The notes under the pieces are model-generated. The model saw only the letters and a list, made by a program, of their open reading frames with translations, was not told the DNA's origin and searched no databases. From Promethearchaeota archaeon (GTDB taxonomy: Archaea > Asgardarchaeota > Lokiarchaeia > Sigyniarchaeales > SOKP01): a DNA stretch of 33,400 nt. The first letter of the stretch is position 1. Each line of letters starts with the position of its first letter. Positions 17,649 through 27,631 of the stretch are shown here, piece by piece. The stretch covers positions 1 through 33,400 of the forward strand of contig JAEOTP010000020.1 of assembly GCA_016839765.1 (NCBI GenBank), read 5' to 3'. The translations under genes and the position numbers were made by a program.

Positions 17649-17888
17649 TTAGGGTTTAAAAGGTTGATCATGGATAATCTTATCGATTGCTTCCATGCAC
17701 GCTTCTTCCCAATCGTTATCTGGATCTATATTTTTACTACAATCCGGACACCAATCTTCAGAATATCCTTCATCCCAATCATCATCTTCTAAATCGCCGT
17801 TTAAGGTGCTTCCACAATATAAACAAACACCATCATCATACCTATCTAAAATTTCTGAAATTAGTTTAATTTTTTTTTTGGAATTCAT
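17649..17888 (-). CDS. Small acidic zinc-finger protein (CxxC...CxxC)
   Basis: CLYC and CPDC motifs separated by an acidic loop; co-oriented between two genuine genes. Confidence 0.75.
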   Translation of the reverse strand: MNSKKKIKLISEILDRYDDGVCLYCGSTLNGDLEDDDWDEGYSEDWCPDCSKNIDPDNDWEEACMEAIDKIIHDQPFKP

Positions 17889-17973
17889 TTGATTTCAACT
17901 TTTTAATATAATCAAACTAATCATCATGTTATAATATAATAAAAAAAAGGGGTTTAAAAGATTATTTCCTTGA

Positions 17974-19008
17974 TTATTTAATTATTTGTTTTGTATTCAC
18001 TAAATATTTCTCAGCAGTTTTTACAATATTATTAATTATATCTTTAACACTCTCTGTTGAATTTATAAGTCCAATACTCTGCCCCAATAATACTGCTCCA
18101 TCTTCTATATCACCATTATATATCATCTCATAGCGTTTATTTTCTTCAACTAACTTTTCTGCTGTTAATTCTTCCTCTAATGCTAATTTTTCTTCTTTAC
18201 TAGATACTGGTTTATGAGCTAACGCATAATCGTTTTTCCATAGACGAATTGGTCCTAATACACCTAGACAATACATTGTATCACTTGCTTTAGCAGAGGG
18301 AACGACATTTTTATAATTTTCATGAAATTCACTTTCTTTTGAAGCAATAAATCTAGATCCCATTGCAATTGCTCCTGCACCCATAGCTAAAGCTCCTGCT
18401 AAACCTTCCCCAGTAGCAAATCCCCCACAAGCAATTAATGGAGTATCTGGAAATTTCTGTTTAACTTGCTGTATAAGAACTAAGGTACTTACCTTTTCGT
18501 AAGATTGATGCCCTCCTCCTTCCCAACCTGTAACAACCATACCATCTACTCCTGCGGTAACACATTTACCTGCAAGCCATAAGGCAGGAGCTACATGAAA
18601 ATGTTTAATATTTGAACCACTTTCTTTTAGTTTTTCAAATGATCTATTATGAATCATCTTAGGAGTACCAGCACTTGTGAGGACATAAACACATTGCTCT
18701 CTTATTTTTTGATTTTCCCTAATAAATCTAGGAATTACTCTGCAAAGAGTAGGAGCGTCAACCTGTAATCTAGCAGTTCTAATATTGAACCCGAAAGGTT
18801 TATCTGTATGTTCTACTACATATTCCATGTTTTTCTTCATTTCATCTATACTGCTTTTTCCAAAGAGATTTGTATGACTTAAAACACCTAATCCTCCCGC
18901 CTCGGAAACAGCAACCGTCAGTTCAGTTGTATAAAATGGACCCATAGGAGCGGCAATAATTGGATATTTAATCCCTAACATTTCTGTTATATTAGTTTCT
19001 AATACCAC
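17974..19008 (-). CDS. Nitronate monooxygenase / FabK-type enoyl reductase family flavoprotein
   Basis: 'LGIKYPIIAAPMG', 'AVSEAGGLGVL', 'TDKPFGFNI', 'GWEGGGH', 'IACGGF', 'GAIAMGSRFIASKES', 'GQSIGLI'. Confidence 0.9.
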   Translation of the reverse strand: MVLETNITEMLGIKYPIIAAPMGPFYTTELTVAVSEAGGLGVLSHTNLFGKSSIDEMKKNMEYVVEHTDKPFGFNIRTARLQVDAPTLCRVIPRFIRENQKIREQCVYVLTSAGTPKMIHNRSFEKLKESGSNIKHFHVAPALWLAGKCVTAGVDGMVVTGWEGGGHQSYEKVSTLVLIQQVKQKFPDTPLIACGGFATGEGLAGALAMGAGAIAMGSRFIASKESEFHENYKNVVPSAKASDTMYCLGVLGPIRLWKNDYALAHKPVSSKEEKLALEEELTAEKLVEENKRYEMIYNGDIEDGAVLLGQSIGLINSTESVKDIINNIVKTAEKYLVNTKQIIK

Positions 19009-19183
19009 TTTTCTAACCCAATTTTCCCTTTTTAATTTATATTTATTATATTATTAAACGTAGTAGAATTTAAAATTTTAATAGGTTTAAAAAGAGATTT
19101 CAACTAAAGGGGAATTTTTTTTTCATTATAAATATAATTATAAGTATTCTTTCCAAGAAAAGTAATGTTAGATAAAACGAGAT

Positions 19184-19315
19184 TTGAAAATATTTCTATA
19201 CTCTATTACAATAGTTACAGCTCCCCTTGCTTTATTTTTAGTTGTTTATAATATAATAGTTATGTTAAAACGTATTTACACGTATTTAAGGGAATTTAAA
19301 CTTGGAGAAAGTTAA
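19184..19315 (+). CDS. Candidate small single-pass membrane protein (43 aa from TTG, or 49 aa if a 1-nt frameshift is repaired)
   Basis: (M)KIFLYSITIVTAPLALFLVVYNIIVMLKRIYTYLREFKLGES*; hydrophobic stretch followed by KR; lies in a 410-bp intergenic gap. Confidence 0.4.
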   Translation: MKIFLYSITIVTAPLALFLVVYNIIVMLKRIYTYLREFKLGES

Positions 19316-19418
19316 TTACTTTTGATTATTTTTAATGATCCAATTACTAATTATTTTTTAATAATATCAGTGCTTTATTCTTAATAACATCTCTAATGAT
19401 TAATTTCATCGAGCTATT

Positions 19419-20375
19419 ATGTATCCAGATATAATTTGTGTAGGGGAATTATTAGTTGAAATAATGCGAAAAGATATTGATAATCCTCATGGAAAGATTG
19501 GTACTATATATAAAGGACCCTATCCAAGTGGTGCTCCCGCTATTTTTATTGACTCGGCAGCTCGTATGTCTAAACCATTTAATTTTTCAACAGGACATAT
19601 TGGTGTTGTAGGCAACGATGAATTCGGGGAGTGTATTATAGAAAAACTTCAAATGGATGGTGTTGATATTTCGCAGATTCGAATTATTAGTAACGAAACA
19701 ACGGGAATTGCTTTCAATCAATATAATTTTGATGGAACTCGTAAGTTTATTTTTGCAGTGGGAGCGGCAGGTAAAACTTCATCAGATGATATTAGAAAGG
19801 ATTACTTTTCAAACATAAGGGCTTTACATATCACGGGTAGTGCCCTTTCTATTAGTGAATCCTCTCGGGATGCTTGTTATAAGGCAATAAGAATGGCTAA
19901 AGAGACGAACCCGAATGTTACCATTTCATTTGATCCAAATTTGCGCCCTGAAATGCTTGATATAGGAATTATATTAAAAATAACTGAACCAGTATTAAAC
20001 AACACCAACATTTTATTACCTAGTGGGGAAGAAGCAGAAATGTTGGCAGGCATAAAGGGTGAAATTAAAGCATGTAAGTTATTATTAGAAAAAGGCCCTA
20101 AAATCGTAATTTTAAAACAAGGAAGTAAGGGATGTACAATATTTTCTGCGAAATATGAAGAAGGTGTAAAAGTTCCAAGCTTTAATGTTAAAGAAATAGA
20201 TCCAACTGGTGCAGGAGATTCATTTGGGGGTGCTTTCATTGTGGGATATTTGGCTGGATGGCAATTAATTAGAGCTGCAAAATTTGCTAATGCTGTTGGA
20301 GCTCTTAAAGTTCAAAATTTTGGGCCCATGCCAGATACAACCTATGAAAAGGTTGAAATTTTTATGAAGAATTAA
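19419..20375 (+). CDS. PfkB/ribokinase-family sugar kinase
   Basis: 'GELLVE', 'PSGAPAIF', 'GVVGNDEFG', 'SFDPNLRP', 'DPTGAGDSFGGAF'. Confidence 0.93.
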   Translation: MYPDIICVGELLVEIMRKDIDNPHGKIGTIYKGPYPSGAPAIFIDSAARMSKPFNFSTGHIGVVGNDEFGECIIEKLQMDGVDISQIRIISNETTGIAFNQYNFDGTRKFIFAVGAAGKTSSDDIRKDYFSNIRALHITGSALSISESSRDACYKAIRMAKETNPNVTISFDPNLRPEMLDIGIILKITEPVLNNTNILLPSGEEAEMLAGIKGEIKACKLLLEKGPKIVILKQGSKGCTIFSAKYEEGVKVPSFNVKEIDPTGAGDSFGGAFIVGYLAGWQLIRAAKFANAVGALKVQNFGPMPDTTYEKVEIFMKN

Positions 20376-22368
20376 AATTTTTAAAATGCAGAGAAAATAC
20401 TTTCACTTTCGTGATCTGATTGTTTTTTATAGAATAAAACCTAAATCCAGGAGGCTTATACTTGAAGTGTGCGGATAATGGACCCAATGCATTACATTGA
20501 AATACAAAAGGCTTATTTACGTCAAACCATATTTTTAAATCAGAAGGGTCTTTAAAAGTATCGAACTTTTTACGATAAGTCGATGTATATACTTCACAAG
20601 GAACTTCAATATAAATTGGAAAGAACCAAAATCCAAAGTTAATTTTTTCAGTTTCTTGTGCTTCTTTTAATCGATATTCCTTTAATGTATGGGTATGGCC
20701 ACACAAGATAAGGTCTACTTTTCTTCTGATTATTTTATCAGAACCAGTAACTATTCTAAGTAAAGTAGCCCAATTATACATAATTGTTTGATACTTTAAA
20801 TTTAACATTTGATCTATTCGTCCTGTCATATTTATATTCTTTAAGTTATCTTCATGGAAATCAGACCAATCTAATTTTCTATTTTTTATTCCTAATTGCT
20901 TTTTATATTTTCTTCGTTTAGAAGTGCTTAAATTTGGAGATATTGGAGGAGTATGCATAACAATGATGATCTTTTCATTATGTGAAAGTTTAATATATGT
21001 CCTTAATAAATCAACTTGGTAATCTTTAATACCCTTAGTGCTTGGTCCACCTGTAAGTAAGTCATGGAGATCAGCAACTGAATCTTGCCCAGTATCAAGA
21101 AAAATAAAAGTATAATTATCTCCAATTCTCAACCTAAAATTAAGATTTGGATTAATATATCTAAAATAATCTATTATATATTTATCTTTAGACTTAAGAG
21201 CCGTTAAATAATTGAAAAATTTGATGTCATAATATCCTTTAATATCAGAATTCGTCATACCAAATATTTTATGAATTTGACTAAACCTCATACCGTAATG
21301 TTCCTTACGGTAGTCATGATTTCCTATTGTTGTGAAAATTGGAACTAAAATTTCTTTTTTATTAATATATTCAGAATCTTTTCCTAAGTATGGAGGTTTA
21401 TCTAAACCCCTGTTCAAACCTAGTAGAATTTCAATAAAAACATGAAAGTTATTCTCATATTGATAATTTCCCCTGGCTATATTAAGATAATCAATTAAGT
21501 CACCAGTCATTAAAATAAAATCTAAATCATTTTGTATAGCTTTTCTATTTACAAATTCAATAAAAAGTCTTAAACTATAATTGAAATTATACTTAGCATA
21601 TCTCAATTCTTCATATTTTTCTTCCTGAAAATCTTCTCGAAATTCAAAATCTCTTGTTAAAACGGATGTATCAACTTTATTAATTTTCTTCCTTCTTTTT
21701 TTATAGTTCTCCAATTTAGCTCTTGCTTTTTCTTTAAGAAAGTTTAAGATAAAATCATTTCTACGAGCTATATGGAAATCTGAAGCATGAATAAACTCGA
21801 AACTTTTCCAATCCTTATTAAATATAGCAATACTATGGTAATTTACCTTATTATCGCTCCTATTAGGGATATCATGAACGATATCGAATAATAAGAAGTT
21901 TCTTTTTATTTCCTTTAGCAATTGCTCAATTTGTTTCACAACAGAAATTTCTATTTCAAATTTTACATGATATAACTCCTTTCTTTTTCCGAATATATTA
22001 TCTAATTGTAAAACGCTATTGTATATGTCCCAAATAATACAATTTTGTTCCTCCAAAATAGGTTGATCTCTAAAATCTAAGTTTTCAATTTTAGAAATCT
22101 CAGCCAATTTAATAGGATATAAATCCCCTCTTCTTTGTTGAAAACTTCCCTCATCCTTTAGTATTGGCTGAATAAATAGATTTAAATGAAAATATTCTAA
22201 AATTCTTTTGATAGAATGTGATGGTTTAGTGATTATTAGAGAATCAAATACGATACTTCGATTATACTCATTTGCTTTATTCTTAAAATCTCTTAAATTG
22301 AGTAAAATAGGTTGCCCTAAATTTGGCTTTATTATTATTGGAAAACTTCCTTCAGATAAATCTAACAT
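20362..22368 (-). CDS. Calcineurin-like metallophosphoesterase with a large N-terminal extension and inserts
   Basis: All five motifs present: SDFH, GDLID, GNHD, VMH, GHTH. Confidence 0.88.
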   Translation of the reverse strand: MLDLSEGSFPIIIKPNLGQPILLNLRDFKNKANEYNRSIVFDSLIITKPSHSIKRILEYFHLNLFIQPILKDEGSFQQRRGDLYPIKLAEISKIENLDFRDQPILEEQNCIIWDIYNSVLQLDNIFGKRKELYHVKFEIEISVVKQIEQLLKEIKRNFLLFDIVHDIPNRSDNKVNYHSIAIFNKDWKSFEFIHASDFHIARRNDFILNFLKEKARAKLENYKKRRKKINKVDTSVLTRDFEFREDFQEEKYEELRYAKYNFNYSLRLFIEFVNRKAIQNDLDFILMTGDLIDYLNIARGNYQYENNFHVFIEILLGLNRGLDKPPYLGKDSEYINKKEILVPIFTTIGNHDYRKEHYGMRFSQIHKIFGMTNSDIKGYYDIKFFNYLTALKSKDKYIIDYFRYINPNLNFRLRIGDNYTFIFLDTGQDSVADLHDLLTGGPSTKGIKDYQVDLLRTYIKLSHNEKIIIVMHTPPISPNLSTSKRRKYKKQLGIKNRKLDWSDFHEDNLKNINMTGRIDQMLNLKYQTIMYNWATLLRIVTGSDKIIRRKVDLILCGHTHTLKEYRLKEAQETEKINFGFWFFPIYIEVPCEVYTSTYRKKFDTFKDPSDLKIWFDVNKPFVFQCNALGPLSAHFKYKPPGFRFYSIKNNQITKVKVFSLHFKNFNSS

Positions 22369-22787
22369 TTCTAATATAAATATCTCAACTTTAAATGGAT
22401 AAAATTAGCTTAATAATAATTAGTTGATTTTTTCAAATAAAAGAATTTATTTATTATTTTTATTCATATTAGAAATCTAAATGGTTTTTAGTAAAAATAT
22501 TTGGATAATCTAACTTTTTTAATTATCCTTATATATAAATTTATCTATTGAATTCTTTCCTGTGTTATAAAAAAATCCAATAAAGTCAAAGATTTAAATA
22601 TATGAAAATTGTATATCTTATAAGAATCTTAAATTGGATGTTTAAAATGAAAGATTATTTAATTAAACGTCTATTTGAACAAAACGAAATTCATTTTTCG
22701 TATTTAAATAAAAATTAAATTTTAAATTACAAATTCTACTTTTAATTTAATAAAGAGTATAAAATATAAAAGTCAAAATTCAGCAAT

Positions 22788-24278
22788 ATGACGGATGAAC
22801 TAAGGGAAGACGAGGAAAGTAAGTCGGAAAGCAAAGTGGAAAAAGATGATGATAGAGTAGATAAGGAATTTTTAAGCAAAGCAAAAGATTCAAGAGACTT
22901 AATAGATAAAAAGTTAAGGAGTTTTGAAAATAGCATTGAAGATATTTCTGATACCATTAAGAATGGTGAAACTGAAGAGGAGCCAAGGAAAAAAGAGGAA
23001 ACTCAGATAGAAGAATTAAGTGATGAAATTAAGAGCGAACAAGAAAAACTTGATCAAATTAAGAAAAAAATTGATGATAAAGAAGATTATCTAACTGCTA
23101 TTGAAGAAACAATAAAAGCATTAGAGGATCGATACAATCGGAAAAATGAAGAAATGCAAAACTTAGATGAGAGAATAGAGATTACCACTGAGAGTAAAGA
23201 AACATTAGAAGAGGAATATAAGGAATTAATAAAGAATAATGAGCAATTAATCAAAACATATGAAGCTAGGCAGGTAGATTTAATAGTACTAACTGATAGT
23301 GTAAAAGAAAAAGTCACAACCCAAGACGATTTAAGATCAAAAATAGCTAAAATTAATCAGGAATTTCAAGAAAAAGAAGAACTCTTAGAAAAACAGAGAG
23401 AAGAAGCAGAAGCTTTAGATAAGAAAATAAAAAGCCTAACAGCAGAAAATGAGACTTTAAAAGGTTCAATTGGAAAAAATAGGTTTGAATTAGACCATAC
23501 GAATAAAGAAATTGAAGCTAAAGAGGAAGAAAAAAAACTACTATCGGAACAGTTAGAGAAAAAAGAACAGAGAATAAAAGTCATAGAGCAACATATTGAA
23601 GATTATAAAGAAGGATTTCCTGAGATGGAACAACAAAGACAAACATATGAAGAACTTTTAGCAAAATATAAAGTTCAATTAACTGAAAAACAACAACAAT
23701 TAATTGATGTTGAATCAAGGATTCAAGGTCTCAACGATAATTTAGAGTCTTTTGATGAACAAATTTCTAAAAAAGAAACTTTAATTGAAGCTAATGAGAA
23801 AAGAATAGATGATTTGAAAAAAGATATTGATATTAGCAATAAGGAATATATTGAAAGAGAGGAGCGGTTAAATTCTCTTACAGAAAAATTAGAATATATG
23901 CAAACTGAGCATGATAAACTTGTTAAGTCAAAAGATGTGATTGAAAACAGCACAAATGAATCTAAAGCATTACTTCAAAAATTAAAAATAGAATTAGAGA
24001 ATCAAGAAGAAGAAATAAGAGATAAAGAAAGTAGAATTCATAGATTAGAGACTTTATCATTCATCTATAGACTTTCAAAATTCTTTGGTGGGATATTAAT
24101 TGGTGTAGGGATTTTCTTTATTATTCTTGTGATAGGTGATATGTTTAATTTTATCAATTTTGGAGACGTTCAGATTATAAATTTTGGTGAGTTCAGTTTG
24201 GGGGTTCTAAGTTTATTATTATTGATAAGCGCTATATTTTCAATTATTTCTGGAATATTTCACCTCGAGAAATCTTAA
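22788..24278 (+). CDS. Long coiled-coil protein with two C-terminal transmembrane helices
   Basis: About 420 aa of E/K/Q-rich heptad-patterned sequence with no ATPase motifs, followed by two hydrophobic segments ('FFGGILIGVGIFFIILVI', 'LGVLSLLLLISAIFSIISGIF'). Confidence 0.85.
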   Translation: MTDELREDEESKSESKVEKDDDRVDKEFLSKAKDSRDLIDKKLRSFENSIEDISDTIKNGETEEEPRKKEETQIEELSDEIKSEQEKLDQIKKKIDDKEDYLTAIEETIKALEDRYNRKNEEMQNLDERIEITTESKETLEEEYKELIKNNEQLIKTYEARQVDLIVLTDSVKEKVTTQDDLRSKIAKINQEFQEKEELLEKQREEAEALDKKIKSLTAENETLKGSIGKNRFELDHTNKEIEAKEEEKKLLSEQLEKKEQRIKVIEQHIEDYKEGFPEMEQQRQTYEELLAKYKVQLTEKQQQLIDVESRIQGLNDNLESFDEQISKKETLIEANEKRIDDLKKDIDISNKEYIEREERLNSLTEKLEYMQTEHDKLVKSKDVIENSTNESKALLQKLKIELENQEEEIRDKESRIHRLETLSFIYRLSKFFGGILIGVGIFFIILVIGDMFNFINFGDVQIINFGEFSLGVLSLLLLISAIFSIISGIFHLEKS

Positions 24279-24333
24279 AATTAATAGTTTTTGATAACTT
24301 CTAATTTTAAAAAATATTAACTGACGATTAAAA

Positions 24334-26184
24334 TTGACTGAATCTAAAAAGGAAGAGATTTTACCAAAAAGAACCCTAAAAGTATCTCAAGCAATAATAT
24401 ATGGAATAGGTTGTGGAATAGGAGGCTCAATTTTTATTCTTTTAAGCGATGGAATTGCATTTGCAGGACCTGGAATTTTAATAAGTTTGATTCTATGTGG
24501 AATTCTTATTTTTTTTACTGGTCTTAATTATTCAGAATTATCTACAAGTTTACCGATCGCTGGAGGCGCTTATAATTTCACTAAAGAAGGTTTAGGTGGC
24601 TTTTTAGCATTTATTATTGGGTTTTTTTTTTGGATTGCTAATATTGCTGCATGCTCATTTTCGGCACAAACTTTTGCTTTAGTAATTGACCAAGTTTTAG
24701 GGGGTATAGACCCTCTATATATAGGTCTTATAAGTATTTTACCCTTATTATTAACAAGTCTTGTAATCTTTAGGACACAGAAAATTGCCATTAGGGCCTT
24801 ATTAATATCTACTCTTATTCTTATTGGAATGTTTATATTCTTCATATTTTCGGGATTGATAATATCTCCAATCTTTCAAACATCAAGTTTTAGCTCCGAT
24901 TATTTATTTTCAGGTACTAGTTTCTTTGGGGTTATCTCAGCATTCTCCTTATTATTCCTTTTATTTACATCAATTACCTCTAACTTGGCATATTTGAATG
25001 CGGATTTGAAAAACCCTTCTAAAAATGTTCCAAAGACAAACATTTATGCAATTTTAATAACATTAGGTATATATTTATTAATAACTATAACGGTTCTACT
25101 AAACATAGAAGTAGGCTCAACAGGAACGCCAGTTTTACTAGCTGACGTTCTAGGTAACATTCTGGGGCCTTTTGGATTTTATTTTATGGCTGCTGCTGCC
25201 TTAATCTCCACAACAATAGCTATCAATGCCGCTCTTGGGTCAGCAGTAAGTGTGATAACTGCATTAGCAAGGGATAGGTATATTCCAAAAAAAATTCGAG
25301 CAGTAAAGAAAAGAACTGATATGCCCGTACTAGCTTTAATGATTACCGCCTTTTTGGCAATTATTTTCACAGTTTTTGCGAGAATAGGATTAACAGCTGA
25401 GACTACAAATCTTATTTTTTTTATTGGTTTAGCTTCAGTTAATTATGCTGCTGTTAAATTAAGGCATAAAAGAAAAGAATTAGATCGCCCATTTAAAGCC
25501 CCGTTTTTCCCTTTTCTTCCGATTTTATTATTTATCTGCTTTTTAACCTTTGCGGTTTTATTTGGAATTATTTGGATTGAAGCCCTTTTTTTAGCTATAA
25601 TTATTTCTATTATTGGTGTGGTGTATTATTTATTATCACTTGCGGATAAACCCTCGATTTCATTAACTTTAGCCGGAATTAAGTTTTTTATAGCTATCGT
25701 GATTGGGTTTATTGTTTGGATTGTAAACAATTTCTCAAGTGTTAGTTCCATCACCGTTTCAATGAATAGGATATTGATAATTATTGGCGTTTTTACGATT
25801 GGAACCATCATTTTTGATCTATTCCCTCTTCGTCAAGTTATATATTATTTTATTAGAAAAGTGGATAAATCAAAAGTGGCAATCAGATTTGGTAATGCGC
25901 AAATAATTGAATTAGGAAAAAAAAGATCAAAAATTATACATGTAGTAGATATCATAATAACATTATTACAATTTGTATCTGTCATTTCTATCTTTTCTAT
26001 TGTTTATCTATTACTGAATAATATAATAGTTATTGAAGAAATAAATCTTGGTACAACAATAATATCTAAAGAAGCTGGAAGATTTCTCTTTATTTCAATT
26101 TTAATATTTTTTGGTATAGTCCTCTTTTTTAGTACAGTTATATTATGGTATAGAAATAGAGAACTAAAAAAACTCGGAATTTAA
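24334..26184 (+). CDS. APC-superfamily amino acid permease with extra C-terminal TM helices
   Basis: TM1 'GCGIGGSIF', 'YSELSTSLPIAGGAY', 'KNPSKNVPK', 'ALARD..IP', 'RPFKAP'; TTG start. Confidence 0.88.
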   Translation: MTESKKEEILPKRTLKVSQAIIYGIGCGIGGSIFILLSDGIAFAGPGILISLILCGILIFFTGLNYSELSTSLPIAGGAYNFTKEGLGGFLAFIIGFFFWIANIAACSFSAQTFALVIDQVLGGIDPLYIGLISILPLLLTSLVIFRTQKIAIRALLISTLILIGMFIFFIFSGLIISPIFQTSSFSSDYLFSGTSFFGVISAFSLLFLLFTSITSNLAYLNADLKNPSKNVPKTNIYAILITLGIYLLITITVLLNIEVGSTGTPVLLADVLGNILGPFGFYFMAAAALISTTIAINAALGSAVSVITALARDRYIPKKIRAVKKRTDMPVLALMITAFLAIIFTVFARIGLTAETTNLIFFIGLASVNYAAVKLRHKRKELDRPFKAPFFPFLPILLFICFLTFAVLFGIIWIEALFLAIIISIIGVVYYLLSLADKPSISLTLAGIKFFIAIVIGFIVWIVNNFSSVSSITVSMNRILIIIGVFTIGTIIFDLFPLRQVIYYFIRKVDKSKVAIRFGNAQIIELGKKRSKIIHVVDIIITLLQFVSVISIFSIVYLLLNNIIVIEEINLGTTIISKEAGRFLFISILIFFGIVLFFSTVILWYRNRELKKLGI

Positions 26185-26241
26185 AATAATTCTTTCAAAG
26201 ATTTAACTAAAAATCAAAAATTATGATTCTTTTTTAAATGT

Positions 26242-26976
26242 ATGGCCTTTCCTAGGTTAAACTTACATATTCATTCAAAGTATTCAGATGGAGGAAATAG
26301 TATAAAGCAAATAGTAAGAGAATCAATAGAATATGGATTGAATTATATAGCTATAACGGATCATTTCACAAATTCATGGAAAGCAAGCGTTATACCGACT
26401 TTAAACTCTAAAGAAAAACTTACTAATTATATTCTAGAGATTAAACAATGTCAAAACTATTTAAAAAGGAAAAACATTAATTTAAGATTATTTAAGGGTA
26501 TAGAAATTGATATTAGTAGTTCAGAAAGTTATATTTTAAACCATATAAATCCATATAAATTTGATATAATCCTTTTCGAATATCTCGAGAGCCCTGAAGG
26601 TATCGCTTTTATAAAAAATATTCTTAAATCTTGGAAAAAAAAAAATCATCCGAATAAAAATTTCCCAATATTAGGTTTAGCTCATTTTGATCCATCATTT
26701 TTTATTTATAGTTATTTTGACGTCTTAATACCTTTCTTAAAAGAATATAATATTTACTTCGAATTTAATTCCAGTTATTCGCAATATTATGCACGTAAGT
26801 TCCAAGATTTTTTTTTAAAATTAAAAGAGAGTAGCATTTTAGTAGCTATTGGATGCGATTCTCATAATTTGTTAGATCTAATGAATATTGAAGAACCATT
26901 CAATAAGATAAGAGATTATGAGCTTGAAGATAATTTAGGAAAATTAATTAACCTTCTTGAATCGAGAGAGGATTGA
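26242..26976 (+). CDS. PHP-domain phosphoesterase
   Basis: 'NLHIHSKYSDG', 'ITDH', 'GIE', 'LAH', 'GCDSH'. Confidence 0.9.
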   Translation: MAFPRLNLHIHSKYSDGGNSIKQIVRESIEYGLNYIAITDHFTNSWKASVIPTLNSKEKLTNYILEIKQCQNYLKRKNINLRLFKGIEIDISSSESYILNHINPYKFDIILFEYLESPEGIAFIKNILKSWKKKNHPNKNFPILGLAHFDPSFFIYSYFDVLIPFLKEYNIYFEFNSSYSQYYARKFQDFFLKLKESSILVAIGCDSHNLLDLMNIEEPFNKIRDYELEDNLGKLINLLESRED

Positions 26977-26994
26977 TTTTTAACTAAAAGAAAA

Positions 26995-27339
26995 TTACAT
27001 TCTTAATTTATTTATATATTCCATGTAATATTTGAAAGCCCGTTCAAACATAATATCCAATAGTATTTCATTTTGTTCTTTAGGTTCATTTAACATTGTT
27101 TTCAATTCTCTTTTTCCGATATTGAAAATCTCTTTAGCAGCGATAATCCTTTTACTCATTGACATATTAGTTATTTCAGTAATTGTTTTATTATATTTCC
27201 TCTGCCATTCGCTCAGCGCATGCCAAATTATGCCTCTCATAGCCAGAATAGATACATTGATAAGTTCACATAAACCTTTAGCAATATTTTGAATCACTTT
27301 TAATTGGACAGGATTAAAATTTTCTTTAATATATTCCAT
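26995..27339 (-). CDS. Hypothetical helical protein
   Basis: 114-aa ORF filling the gap between the PHP and sirtuin genes; the frame stays open to 27408. Confidence 0.7.
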   Translation of the reverse strand: MEYIKENFNPVQLKVIQNIAKGLCELINVSILAMRGIIWHALSEWQRKYNKTITEITNMSMSKRIIAAKEIFNIGKRELKTMLNEPKEQNEILLDIMFERAFKYYMEYINKLRM

Positions 27340-27631
27340 TTCAGTATTTCTTAATGCATTTTCGTTAAAATTAACTACGTATGTAATAGGTTCCTCAACC
27401 CAATCTTTTTATTATTAATTCGTTAAAATTGTATATAAAACTTTAGGTATAAATAATCCCAAATAGAAAATTATAATTAATATTTTTAAAATACACTATT
27501 TAGTTTTAGAAATCTGTAGACTTATTTTGACAAATTAAATCAGAATTTATAAATTATTCTTAAATAATCTAAGCTAAATTAAATAAATTATATAATTAGC
27601 TTTATATTTTCAATTAGTTTTTTATTTAAAT

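Noticed and set aside
16781-17892. Plus-strand ORFs at 16781, 17577, 17687 (His-rich) and 17695 (Ser-rich)
   Set aside because: They overlap better-supported minus-strand genes; the His/Ser richness mirrors Asp/Glu codons on the coding strand
22602-22718. 38-codon ORF MKIVYLIRILNWMFKMKDYL... in the AT-rich spacer
   Set aside because: Composition indistinguishable from the spacer, with no motif or clear leader; cannot be supported
22369-22787. Long AT-rich intergenic region as a possible replication origin or ncRNA
   Set aside because: No ORB-like repeats, no adjacent orc1/cdc6 and no GC-rich stem; consistent with divergent promoters
22788-24278. SMC/Rad50 annotation for the coiled-coil protein
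   Set aside because: No Walker A/B, signature motif, hinge or zinc hook
19877-25811. Short antisense ORFs within pfkB, the phosphoesterase, the coiled-coil gene and the permease
   Set aside because: Shadow ORFs with no independent evidence
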